NCBI RefSeq assembly: GCF_009914755.1
Contig: NC_060946.1
Source: the human T2T-CHM13v2.0 reference genome, Homo sapiens
DNA: 64,000 bases
Reading direction: 5' to 3' (one strand)
The notes under the pieces: model-generated
The model's database searches: none
What the model was told of the DNA's origin: nothing
Seen by the model: only the letters and a program-made list of their open reading frames with translations
Translations under genes and position numbers: made by a program
Shown here: in pieces, positions 49,271-64,000 of the stretch
How positions within the stretch are numbered: the first letter of the stretch is position 1
Layout: each line of letters opens with the position of its first letter

Positions 49271-50625
49271 CTGTGGGGCCAAGCAGAGGCACATCACAGG
49301 ATGAAGACCCCAGGGTCCAAAGGCTGCCTAGGAATGACAAGTCCAGCCGGAGGAGGGCAAGCACGTGGGGCTACGATTCAGGAAAGAATGGTGTCAGGCA
49401 TGCGTCCTTCTCATAGGAGCAGACAGCCCATCAAGCTTGATAAGCAGGGTTCTTTTCTGGAAGCAGCAAACCAGAATCCATGGGGAGTCTGGTTACTACG
49501 GCCTGTAGAATGCAAAAAATATCCCATTTGCACAACATGCTACAAGTACGACCAGCGGCCAGGACACCTGTTACTGATGTGTTTGGGCAAAGCACGTGCT
49601 GTACATTTTCTGCTGCTGTGAACAGATCCCCCCGTGTGTGCGCCAGGGCATGGGGACCTGGTACCTTCCCAGGCAGGGATGATGCTATGGAAGGACCATT
49701 CTTATGGCCTCTCCCCCCGGCACTCAGCCACAATAGCATCTTTTGGCTCCCAAACACAGGTCAAAAAGACCCCAGGGCCTTTGCACCAGCTGCCCCCTAT
49801 GCCAGAAACAATCTTCCCAGGCTTTGCAGATCACTCAGGGGTCAACCCAGCTGTACTTGCCCTGACTCATTGTACTCTACCTTGCCCTTACCTCCCATCA
49901 GCCTATGACATCACTCAGTTAATTTCTGAAATCATGCTGCTGACTCATTGGTTTATAAGAATGTATGATCCATAAGGGGAGGAACCGCAGCTCTCATTCC
50001 CTGCTGCATTCCAGAACCCAAAGAAGATCTGGTCCATATCAGTGCTTAATATGGGCTGTTTGAATAAATGAAAGGAAGAGGCATGAACAGACGCCTGAAC
50101 ATGAACAGGCCTGTCAGAACTTAGAGCACGCTGAGCAAAAACCGCCTGCTCGGGCAGGAGATCATCAAATTCTCAGAAATCCTTCTCCCACCCAGGGGCC
50201 CCGGGCAGGGGGTCTTCAGACCCAAATCACCACAACACCTCCCCCACCTCCCTGGTTTCAGAGAACTTGGCAACCTCCTGAGTGAGCTTGGGACTGGCTC
50301 CTGAGCTGGCTGGGTGTCTCCACCATCAGAGATACACGGCAGGAACTCCTTTTAACCTAAGGTTGGTTTATCCATTTTCCTGCAGCAGGAGTCGGCCCGA
50401 GCCAGCCTCGAGCATCTGACCTCAGCCTTTTCTCTTGAGTTAAAATTGATGGTTTCGGCTGGCCGGTGGCTCACGCCTGTAATCCCAGCACTTTGGGAGG
50501 CCGAGGTGGGTGGATCACCTGAGGTCAGGTTGACCAGCCTGGCCAACATGGTGAAACCCCGTCTCTACTAAAAATACGAAAATTAGCCGGGCATGGTGGT
50601 GGGCACCTGTAATCCCAGCTACTCA

Positions 50626-51012
<387 letters not shown>

Positions 51013-52170
51013 TCAGTGTCAAACAGTCCTGCACGGCCCCCCTGGCAAGCACACGTACACCGCTGGCGACGGAGCAATAAAGAAGGGACCCAAAGCCGAG
51101 GGGAGGGTTGGAACAATGCAAGCAAAAAGCAAAAAAAAAGGAGAGGCCAGAAAACAGAAACCAAGGCCCAGAGAAGGGGGCCGGGGAAGGAGAAGGAAAG
51201 AACAAAGAGCTGTGGGGATGAGAGGCAGCTGGGAACGGAGCCCGGAGCCCACTTGGGAGCCTGGACACTTGGCAAAGAGAAACTAGAAAGAGGAGAAGGG
51301 GCTATGAAAGCACCCACCTGAAACAAAAGCAGCTAGGCGCCCCCCAACCCGGCCCCTCACAGCGGCTCTCAGAGGCTCAAGAGGGCCCTGCCCACAGCCC
51401 CCACTGCTCCCAAAGTGTCACTGCCCTGGAAGCTTGGGGAGGCACCTTATGATTTTACTTTTAAAGGTATTCCCTACAAAACCCTCGGTGATTTAGGGTC
51501 AGCTCTGATGGTTTAGCCACCGTCACACATAAGGGAAACTGTTCATAATTGTCCAGTGCAATAATCTCAGACATACAGAATCTGACAAGCAGCAGCGTAA
51601 CATTCCCTTGTGCAGACATTTAATTAAACGTTATTGGAGGTGGAGAGGATAGTGGTGGTCACCAGAGGCTGGGGAGGGAGCAGGGAAGGGGCTGAAGAGA
51701 AGTGGGTTAAGGGGTACAAACAAAGACACAGAAGGAATAAGCTTTTGTGGTTTTTTTTGAGATGGAGTCTCGCTCTGTTGCCCAGGTCGGAGTGCAGTGG
51801 CACAGTCTCAGCTCACTGCAACCTCCACCTTCTGGTTCAAGCGGTTCTCTTGTCTCAGCCTCCTGAGTAGCTGGGATTACAGGCATAAACCACTGTATCC
51901 AGCTCATTTTTGTATTTTTAGTAGAGATGGGGTTTTGCCATGTTGACTAGGCTGGTCTCAAACTCCCAACCTCAGGTGATCCACCCGCCTCGGCCTCCCA
52001 AAGTGCTGGGATTACAGGCGTGAGCCACCGCGCCTGGCCTGGAGCTACTCAACTATCAAAGGCCACACACGGAGGACATCAACGTCACGATCTAGAGGGA
52101 TGGGGTGCACGGAGAAGCTCGCCCCTTTCCTAAAGAGACCCCCGTGTGGCGCGGCGGGACGCACACTCAC

Positions 52171-52393
52171 GTGAGGGAGATGGTGAAGTGGAAGCGCTGT
52201 CTCAGGCCCCGGAAGGTGACGAAGGACTGGGGCGGGAAGCTCCTGGTGGTCACCTCACAGTAGGGCCTCTCATACTCGCCAGGAGGACACACGCAGTGGA
52301 AGCCGCCGATGAGCAGGTTCACGCAGGTGCCCCCGTTCTTGCACACCCCGTTGGCACAGCGGCCTGAGCGGGCATCCACCTCACAGTGCTCTC
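52171..52393 (-). CDS. CELSR1: Exon 3 (223 nt): EGF-like repeat and start of LamG1 (GEHCEVDARSGRC...FHFTISLT)
   Basis: Acceptor cccccag|GA, donor AC|gtgagt; phase 1 to 2. Confidence 0.96.
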
Positions 52394-53342
52394 CTGGGGG
52401 GCGAGAGGAAGATGCCAGAGAGGAGGTTACCGACCAGCCAGGGAAAAGCCAACGAGCCTGTCGCAGACCCTGGACACACCCCAGCCACACAGTCAGCTGC
52501 TGAAAGAAAACCCGACTGACTCCAGGACAGGTCTGTGACATGAACAGAAACCCCTGAGTTCTCAAGGACTTGCCCAGAGCCGTGCCAGAGTCGGCTGCAC
52601 CCAGCTCCTGGTGGGCAAACTAAGGATGGTGGCCAGGGGGTTCCCAAAAAGCACTCTGTGGGGTCAAAGAAATGGCAGCAATGAGCCCTTCCCAGCCTCC
52701 AACCCCGTTCTGAGCACCCTGCAGGCTGAGCTGGACTCTTCTGAGGGGAACGCCTAGAAACAGACCAGAGCACCTCAGGCCCCTCCCCACACCTATGCCC
52801 GTGCCACAGCAGAACACAGCAGAGCCTCGTCAGAGATTTGGAGCATGCTGCCATCACATGACCCAAAGGCCACCTTCTGAGCAGGCCACCTGCCCTGACT
52901 GCCGTCCGCCCTCCCACCCCTCACACAGACCCCTCGCACTGTCTGGCCACCCCTGGATTCCAACCCGGTTCTAATCTGGCCCGTCTCGCCCACCAGCCTG
53001 TGAGCTCCTGAAGGGCAGGCACCACCCTACTCTGATGTCCTTCCTAGAGTTTAAACTCTTTTGTGACAGGAAGGTTCTGGAAGCTTTCCCAGAAAACCAG
53101 CCAGGCAGCCCACAGCACACTGCCTCTCTCCATCCGCCCTCAGACCAGGAGTGCTAAGAACCTCATCTGCTCGGAGGGTCTCAGTGTTCGCCATGCTTCG
53201 ACCCAGTTGTTCCTGGACTGGCCGCTGCATCCTCCAGCAACCAGGTGTGTGGCTGGTGACACTCCCGCCCCCGGACAGGGATGGTGAGCCGCAATCTGCA
53301 CAGCCCATGCTGCCTCCCCTGCCTCCACCACATGGGGAGTTA

Positions 53343-55156
<1,814 letters not shown>

Positions 55157-55791
55157 TCAGGTGCTATCAAGGGTAGGTGCTGAGGTATACCCCCCACCCT
55201 TCCCCTCCAGGACGGGGCTCTGGGGTGTGGGTTGCTGATGGCTCACAGCTGAGACCCTGCACTCAGATTCCGCCTCCCGGCCCAGTTCCACTGCCCTCGC
55301 TGGGGCAGCCCCCATCCAGCAATGGGTCAGGGTGGACACAGTGACCATCAGACTGCCCAACGCAGGCCATCCCCGAGGGGCCATCCCAGCTCTGCAGCAC
55401 GCTGTGGGGTGGCTGAGGCCTTGTATACCTGCAGGGCAGTCCGACCTCCCCTCTGCCCAGGCCAGGGCCCCTCCCTGCCCCCAGCTGTGGCTCCTGAAGG
55501 CTCCTGGACACCGGCTGCCTCCTGAGCTGGGGCCTGGAGTCTGTTTCTCAGGGAGGCCAACCTCAGCCACGGGCTGATTTCAGTGAGTTCAGTCGTTTTA
55601 GGAAAGCCTGTCAATCCTCCAAGGGAATGCTTCCAATGAGCTTTTGAAGAACAAATGAAACTGATTTATAATCAGCATAACAATCATCAGAGGTAAATGG
55701 TGCCTCTGAAGAATCTGAGTTCTCCCTCTGCTTCCCCCAGGCATCTCCCACTCTTCATTACCAGGTTGCAACACCTAAGAATGTGTAACTG

Positions 55792-56098
55792 GGCCTGGCG
55801 CGGTGGCTCACGCCTGTAATCCCAGCATTTTGGGAGGCCAAGGCGGGAGGATCATGAGATCTGGAGATCAAGACCATCCTGGCTAACACGGTGAAACCCC
55901 ATCGCTACTAAAAATACAAAAAAAAAAAAATTAACCGGGTGTGTTGGCGGGCGCCTGTAGTCCCAGCTACTCAGGAGGCTGAGGCAGGAGAATGGCGTGA
56001 ACGCGGGAGGCGGAGCTTGCAGTGAGCCGAGATCGCACCGCGGCACTCCAGCCTGGGGGACAGAGCGAGACTCCGTCTCTTAAGAAAAAAAAAAAAAA
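55792..56098 (+). mobile_element. AluY with intact TSD aagaatgtgtaactg
   Basis: Y diagnostics (accatcctggctaacacgg, gaatggcgtgaac, gcggagcttgcag); TSD at 55777 and 56097. Confidence 0.92.
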
Positions 56099-56539
56099 GA
56101 ATGTGTAACTGGCTAAGCCAAGGTGACTCCAGATTCCAGTATGAAGCCCTCTCGAGAACGAGGAGGGCTGAAATCGCTGACGTTTTGCTGAATTTCATGA
56201 GCATGCACGGCCTCCACGCCAGTAACCCCGAGGGCTCACAGGCACCAGAGCTGACGCCGGGTCAGAGCCAGGCACAGGCCAGGGGGGTGCTTTCCCCTCC
56301 ACCCCAGGAGTCAGGGCAGGATCCCATCCGCCTGTTCTGCACTGGCAGGGGCTGCCCCCAGGGAAATGGGAACAGAGGGGTTTCCCACCCCACTCAGTTA
56401 AAGCAGGCAGAGAGGAGCGAGCCCTAGACCCTCATCCAGGCTCCCAGCACCCCTGGAGGCTAACCCCCCTACCACTCCCCGCTATGGGGGTCAGCCCACC
56501 ACAGATGCTGCACCCCGCCGCCCTGCAGGCGGGCCATGT

Positions 56540-56745
56540 GCACACACACACCTGCACACACATTTGCACAATGCTTATAACCTTCCACATGTATTCACAC
56601 ATGCACTCAATTTCCCGTCTACACATGTCCATACACCTGTTCACACACACACACATACATACACATGCGTTGACACACCCTCACAGACACCTCACATCCT
56701 GTCACACACAGATGCATACCTGCACACCCAGCTGCACACTCATAT
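56540..56745. repeat. Degenerate CA-rich tract
   Basis: Read directly. Confidence 0.8.
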
Positions 56746-57626
56746 GAGCAAGTCAGTGCTCGTGGCTTCCTGGCCTTTGTAAATCCCGTGCGTTCACGGG
56801 AGGTGTGACGCTTAAGGTATATTTCTCCTCCTTTGGACACTTCAAATTATCTTGCTTCTACTTTTAAAATATGTGACATTTGGGAGTGTTTGCTTTCCAA
56901 GTTCCAGCCAGTGGCCAAGCACAGCACACTCTGGAATAACAAAGCCACCGGGAGAGGCTGGGTGTACTCACCCAACCTCGACGGCAAACAAAGGGCCTGT
57001 GGGGCCCAGCCCTGCCCTTCCCACAGCCGCTTCTGTCTGTCCCAGGTAGTAAGAACCCAGGCTGGGCCCGGGGCTCAGACTCTCCCAGAGGAAAGTGAGG
57101 CCCAGGCCCATGACCTCCACGTAGCTTCCCGGTCCCACCTGCTCCGGGTCGGAACTCACTCTCCCCTCATCCGAGGGCTGGAAGATTCGGCTTCTCACCT
57201 CCAGCCTGGGATTTCCTCTAAAAGGCCCAGGAAAAGGTGGCCAGCCCTGAGTGAAGACAGCGCTTTGTATCTGGAAGGTTTGAATTTGAACTTGCAGACC
57301 GGCATTCCTGCTTCCAAATTTGATTTCTAGTGGCCCCCGATATCCTCAGGCTGCCCCGTGAAAGGGAGGCTGACCGATATAAGCTTGTCCTGCCCCCGAG
57401 GGGGGCACCTCTGCAGGGACCAGAGATCAACAGGTGGCTGCTAATGCCCGTGAGAGCACAGCAAACCCAGCCGCAGGTGTTTGCCCCTCGCTGAAAAGGT
57501 CTTGCTCCTTTAAATATGTGGCAAATAAAACTAATCTCCATGGAATTGTTGGTTTGGTTTGGTTTGCTTTTTTAATGCGGAGTTGTATTTGCTTTGCTTT
57601 TTGTTTGTTTTCATTTTCAGAAAGTA

Positions 57627-58650
<1,024 letters not shown>

Positions 58651-60626
58651 AGTGGCCCTCCGTGTTTGTCCTGGAATTGCAATCGCGTACATTCTAGCCT
58701 CTGCAAACCCGGTGCCCCGAGAGCAGCAGCGCCTGGCTGGCAGAGCCTTTCCCGTCGATGCTTCGGAGGTGGAAGCGTCCAGGACTCCCCGGGTGCTGTT
58801 CTCCCTGCTTGCAGGAGATGCTGCTCCTGGCCTTTGCCAGCTCATCCTCCCACCCAGCCAGGGAGAGGTGGAGTCCTCACTGCAACCCCTCCTGCCTCCA
58901 GCAGCCCCCTGCACAGCCACAAGCCCCCTCGCCTCGCGGCCCCTGCTCCTGCCGCACAGCCTCCAGACCTACTTGTCCCTTGCCTCGCGACAGCACAGTC
59001 CTCCACAACGCTGGCCTCACCATGTGTCAGTCCCACTGGCTAGACTCCCACTGCTCCATAAAGACCCCAGCCTAAGGGGTCCCAGGGCCCAGCCCCCAGC
59101 CACACACCCAGCCCCCTCCACACCATACTCACGAGCCTGTGCCGGCCCCACTGTCTCCCTCCTCCCAGGGCAGCTACAGATGGCCCTGTGCGTACACTGC
59201 AGGCCATCCTCCAGCCCCGCGTCCTCTCTCTTAGTCTCTGCATGTGGCTTTCCAGTGCCTGGAGGCCACCCGCATCCCCTGGCTGTACCTGTCCTCTGCC
59301 TCGAGCACTCTCCCTCTGGGGAAGCTCGGGCCACCTGCCTGCTTAGGGTGACCCTGGGGGCTCTCATGGACTCAAAATCTCCCCTCTCCAGCAATCGCCC
59401 CACCAGCTCCACATCCAGCCCTGCTTGTGCGATGGTTCCCCCGTGTGTTTCTCTCCCCAGCTCTGTGCAGGCAATGACAGGGTCTGTTTGGGGGCCAGTC
59501 TGAGACTGTCAGGCACACAGCGAGTGCCGAATAAATGCCTGGTGTGTGCAGGGCATATGCTGAGCACCTGGCAGGGAGGGTCGCAGGGGGTCGGTGGGGG
59601 GGAAAGCTGGGTCCATAGCAGGTACTGACAGACACTTGTGAAATGAAGTCAAAAAATGCCAGGATTTCCCCAGTTCCAAGCCAATGACTGATGCCTGCAC
59701 TTAATCCATGAGTTACAAAACGACATAATTCCCATATTTGATTCAAATAGTGCAGGAAAGGTGTTGATGAAATGAATTAATTTTATAGTTAAAACATCTT
59801 TTCTTTTTTTTAATAAAGGACCATGAGAACCAAGAGCAACTGGGTTCTGGATGAACTGGACCAGCCGGGGAAGGTCCTGTCCCTGTGTTCCTTAGGGCTG
59901 ACTCCTAGCACAGAGCCAATTCAGGATTCCCCTGAGGGTTGGTGGTTAAGCACTTGCAGCACAGCCCTGCACAGAAGATAAAGTTAAGCAAAGCGGGAGT
60001 GGATTACAGTACTGTTTATAGGGAGCTGGAGGGGCTGCTAGCATGAGTGGATTACAGCGCTGTTTAAACAAGGTAACTGGAGGGGCTGCTCCCCACCAAC
60101 CCTCAGGGAGAATCCTGAATTGGCGGCATTTGTAAACACTCCCACCAAGGCTGAGTTGAAAAGAGATGTGATATGACAGATTTTTAATTCTAAAATCATC
60201 TGAAGGTAAATAGGTCAAATTTAGTGAGCTCTGTGTCTTTTAGCTCTGTATCTTTTATTTTCTAATAGAGCTTTTATAAGACACACTATTTTCATAAAAT
60301 AAATGTTCAGCTATGCTGACTATCAGGATTTATCTTTCCTTTTCTAGGAATTCTCATTCAAAATAAATTTGATGTTCTCCTTACACCCTAGGATTCTGCT
60401 TGGAGTCAAAGGCTTGCTGAGTCATTCAAACCTGGGGGAAATTCACCCATACTCTGCACACCCCCATCACCATGGCAGCCTCGCCTCCCACACCAAGGAT
60501 AGAGTCCACCTGGGCAAACCTATTGCTGTGCTCACTCACGCATGCAGCCTGCCAAAAGCTCCCCCTCTCCCCGTAGGAGGGACGCAGGGCTCAGCTTCCT
60601 GGCTATAGTACAGAAAAGCTTTTTAA

Positions 60627-60914
<288 letters not shown>

Positions 60915-61984
60915 TAACGGCAAAAGAAAAGCTCCCAGGAGCCAAGGCCCATCCAGCCCTCATGGCCTCATGCACCTGCCCCGCCACTGGGGACCTGTCC
61001 CATACCAGGCTTGGGGCTGGTGCACTGCCCTGCCTGCCCAGAGACCCTAGCACCAAAGCCATCAACCCTTGGCCTAAGGGGCTTCCAGAAAAGCCCTGGC
61101 TTCACAGGGCTTCAGCAAACGGCTTACCTGCTGCAGGCGGGGGCTGGGTGCTGGGTGTGCTCCTGGTCTGTGAACAAGGAAGGGGGTGCCCAGAGGGTCT
61201 CCACATCATTACATGGAGACTCTGGCAGGGGGCTGGACACAAGCCCAGGGAAGACAGAGGGCATGGGGGTGGGGGCAGAGGGCCCACGCGAGGGGATGCT
61301 GATGTGAACCCCTGGCTCAAGAGCTCCAGAACTTACCCCTGGGGGGCTGCTCCAGGAGCTAGGAGAAGAGAGATGCAGGGTCTCAGGGCTCACCTAGAGA
61401 GGGGGCACAGCAGGCAGAGAACCTCAGGACCTGGGGGAGGGCTGGGAACGCGCTGGGAACGTGCCCCAGGAGGGGAAGGGCGTGTAAAGATTGACCACTT
61501 AAGTTCTTAAATAAATAAAAAGACAATTCCTTTCTGGTCCTAAGAAACAGCTAAGAGCTTTGAACTAGAAAAACTAGAATTTCCAAAGGCCACAATGGTA
61601 AAACTCAAGCACTTGATGAAGGCTTAGTTTATGCAGAATTAACGATCAAAATGAAACACAAGAACAGAGAACAAGGAGTGAGTGGAAGGGCCCGGGAACA
61701 GGAACACAGGGCAATTTCAAAGTCAGGTCATATCACGCAAATGCACAAAACCTGAAGTCAACTCAAAGCCCCATCAAAGAGCTCAGTCCTAACACTGGAT
61801 CCTAGGATGCAGAAAGCACAGTCTTGAAGACACAACCCAACAGCGTGGCTCATGTGTCAGAAACTTCACTACCAGAGAAAGCACACAGATAGGAGGCCAA
61901 GAGGGGAACGTTACAGGGTTTCTAAGAGGAAAAGGGTATGTCAGAAATGATAAAACACCACACGAATTTGCCCATCTGTTATTC

Positions 61985-62550
61985 CATTCACTCATCTATC
62001 CATCCTTCCATATACCCACCCACTCATTCACCCACCCCTCCACCCTTCCATCCATCCATTTATTCACCCATGAATCCATCCACCCATCCATTGTTCATCC
62101 ACCCACCCACCCAGCTTCCATCCACTCACCCAGCTTCCAAGCACTCACCCAGCTTCCATCCAACCACCCATCACACATCCATCCATCCATCCGACCACCC
62201 ATCACACATCCATCCAGCCATCCAACAACCCATCATGCATCAACCCACCCATCCAACTATCCACCATTCATCCATCTATCCACCCATCACACATCCATCC
62301 ATCCATCCATCCAACCACATCACACATCCATCCAACCACCCATCACACATCCATCCATCCATCCAACCACCCATCACACATCCATCCATCCATCCAACCA
62401 CCCATCACACAGCCATCCATCCATCCAACCACCCATCATGCATCAACCCACCCACCCAACTATCCATCATTCATCCATCTATCCACCCTTCCACCTACTC
62501 ACCTGCACTCAGCTGCCCACCTGTCCCTCCACCCACTCATCCATCTAATA
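61985..62550. repeat. Degenerate (CCAT)n tract, apparently grown from the tail of an adjacent L2 3' end (~62550-62640)
   Basis: catccatccatc repeats; L2 motif gaacaaaacagatccctgccctcatggagttt. Confidence 0.88.
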
Positions 62551-64000
62551 AACTGCCAGCGTGGGCCATTCTTTAGGCAGTGGGGTTATAAGAATGAACA
62601 AAACAGATCCCTGCCCTCATGGAGTTTCCATCTAGGTAAAAAAATGTCAGATGTTCAGAAAAACCAAAAATACATGAAGAGTTATAGCAGATGGAAAAAG
62701 CAGAGGGGGAAGCTTTGAAGGGGTGCTGGCATGGAGGTGGAGGGGAGGGGAGGGGTCAAGCTGAAGAATTCAGGCAGGGCAGCCATCAAAGTAGGGTCAG
62801 GACCAGAAAGGGTGGGCACAGCTAAGGCTCCTCGCCAAGCCCTTTCCACCCCATCAGATTCCAACCAAACCTGAGAAAGTACCTCCAGCCTCCAACATAC
62901 ATGGCTCACGTGCTCACACACACTCACATGCACGCACTCACATGCTCACACACACTCACATGCATGCCCACAGGCACACACAGGGGTTCCCACCGCAGGG
63001 CAGTGGAGGCAGAGCCCCAGCCCTTTCCTGTTCTGCAACGTGACAGTCCCACACCAGCAAGGCCCCCACCGGAGATAGGAGCTGCACAGAAAAGCCCAGG
63101 CGGCTGCAGCCTCAGCAATGGGTCATGCACAGCAGTCCACTGCCAGTCAGGACCCTGCCTCTTCCCGGGGACTTCAGAACCCCTGTGGCATGCAGCCCCA
63201 GGCAGAAGCCAGGCCAGCAGAGGCCCCCAGCCACCAGGGCCTTTGTCCAGCAACAGAGCTGTGGGGGAGGACGTGCTACCAACTCGGCCCTGCAAGGCAG
63301 GCTGACATAGAGATGGAGGGACAGACAGGGCAGGGCCACATGGCGTCCCAACAGCTCAGGTGACGCTCCCTGACCCTGGGTATCCCCAGGTTCACATTTG
63401 GGGATGAGAACATGAGCACTTTCACAGCAACCTCCTCCAGAGGTGAGCACAGTCCACACATGACCTTCCCTACAAGGCAGGCCGCAGCACCTGGCTGGTC
63501 AGATGAGTACACGAAGGTTCAGAGAGGGCAGTTACTTGTGCTGGGTCACACAGCTGCATGGGTGGGAGCGGGAGTTAAGCCTGCATCTGCCTTAATGTCC
63601 ACACAGAGCTTGCAGGGACGGGTCCAGTGAATGAGTGCACCTCACTGCCTTCCCTGGACAGGTGTCCCCTCCGAATGTCCCTATAGGAGAGGCCGACCAG
63701 GAGGCGAGATTGCAGGGGCCTCAGCACCCCATTCCAAACCCCCACAGCACTGCTGTCAGGACAGAGGTTTCCTGAGCAAGATCCTGGCTAGTGCCTCAGT
63801 TTCCCCAGCTGTAATAAATCCATCCCCCAAGGCAGGGATTTCTGTCTCTCTTGGGCCAGGAGCATTCCCCAGCACTAACAGGCTGATGTGAGTGAAACAG
63901 CTCATTTGGTACGGCTGTGAGCTACGCACCTGCGCAAGGGCGAGGTTACTATTACTGGTCCCTGTTCCTCCTGTTCCTCACTGCCTTCCTGAGACAGGAG

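Noticed and set aside
61938-62576. 212-aa His/Pro/Ser ORF
   Set aside because: Translation of the (CCAT)n repeat.

Overview
This is primate DNA, human-like (Alu-dense, includes AluY). The whole window lies inside CELSR1 (adhesion GPCR / Flamingo planar-cell-polarity cadherin), which is transcribed on the minus strand. I reconstructed 16 consecutive coding exons with canonical GT-AG borders. They splice into one open 2372-nt frame running EGF - LamG1 - EGF - LamG2 - EGF x2 - laminin-EGF - HormR - start of GAIN. Exon numbers 3-18 and residue numbers (about 1395-2185) follow my recollection of the RefSeq model. The rest is intronic: about 45 Alus, old L1/L2/MIR fragments, MaLR LTRs, a MER20, and several tandem or low-complexity repeats. 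Nearly all other ORFs in the supplied track are Alu-, repeat- or GC-derived noise. I see no new multi-gene system. The best leads are in RNA processing and regulation: (1) an in-frame 207-nt candidate cryptic exon directly ahead of a ~1-kb UG-rich array packed with 5' splice-site motifs, a TDP-43-type architecture; (2) an L2-derived candidate poison exon ahead of an (AUGG)n tract; (3) intron 15, which is 345 nt, stop-free and in frame with a weak donor; (4) a perfect estrogen response element inside coding exon 10; (5) circRNA-type inverted Alu architecture around exons 3-5; (6) a CpG-rich 50-bp VNTR beside a GATA/FOX/AP-1 motif cluster. All are sequence-based hypotheses that need data.
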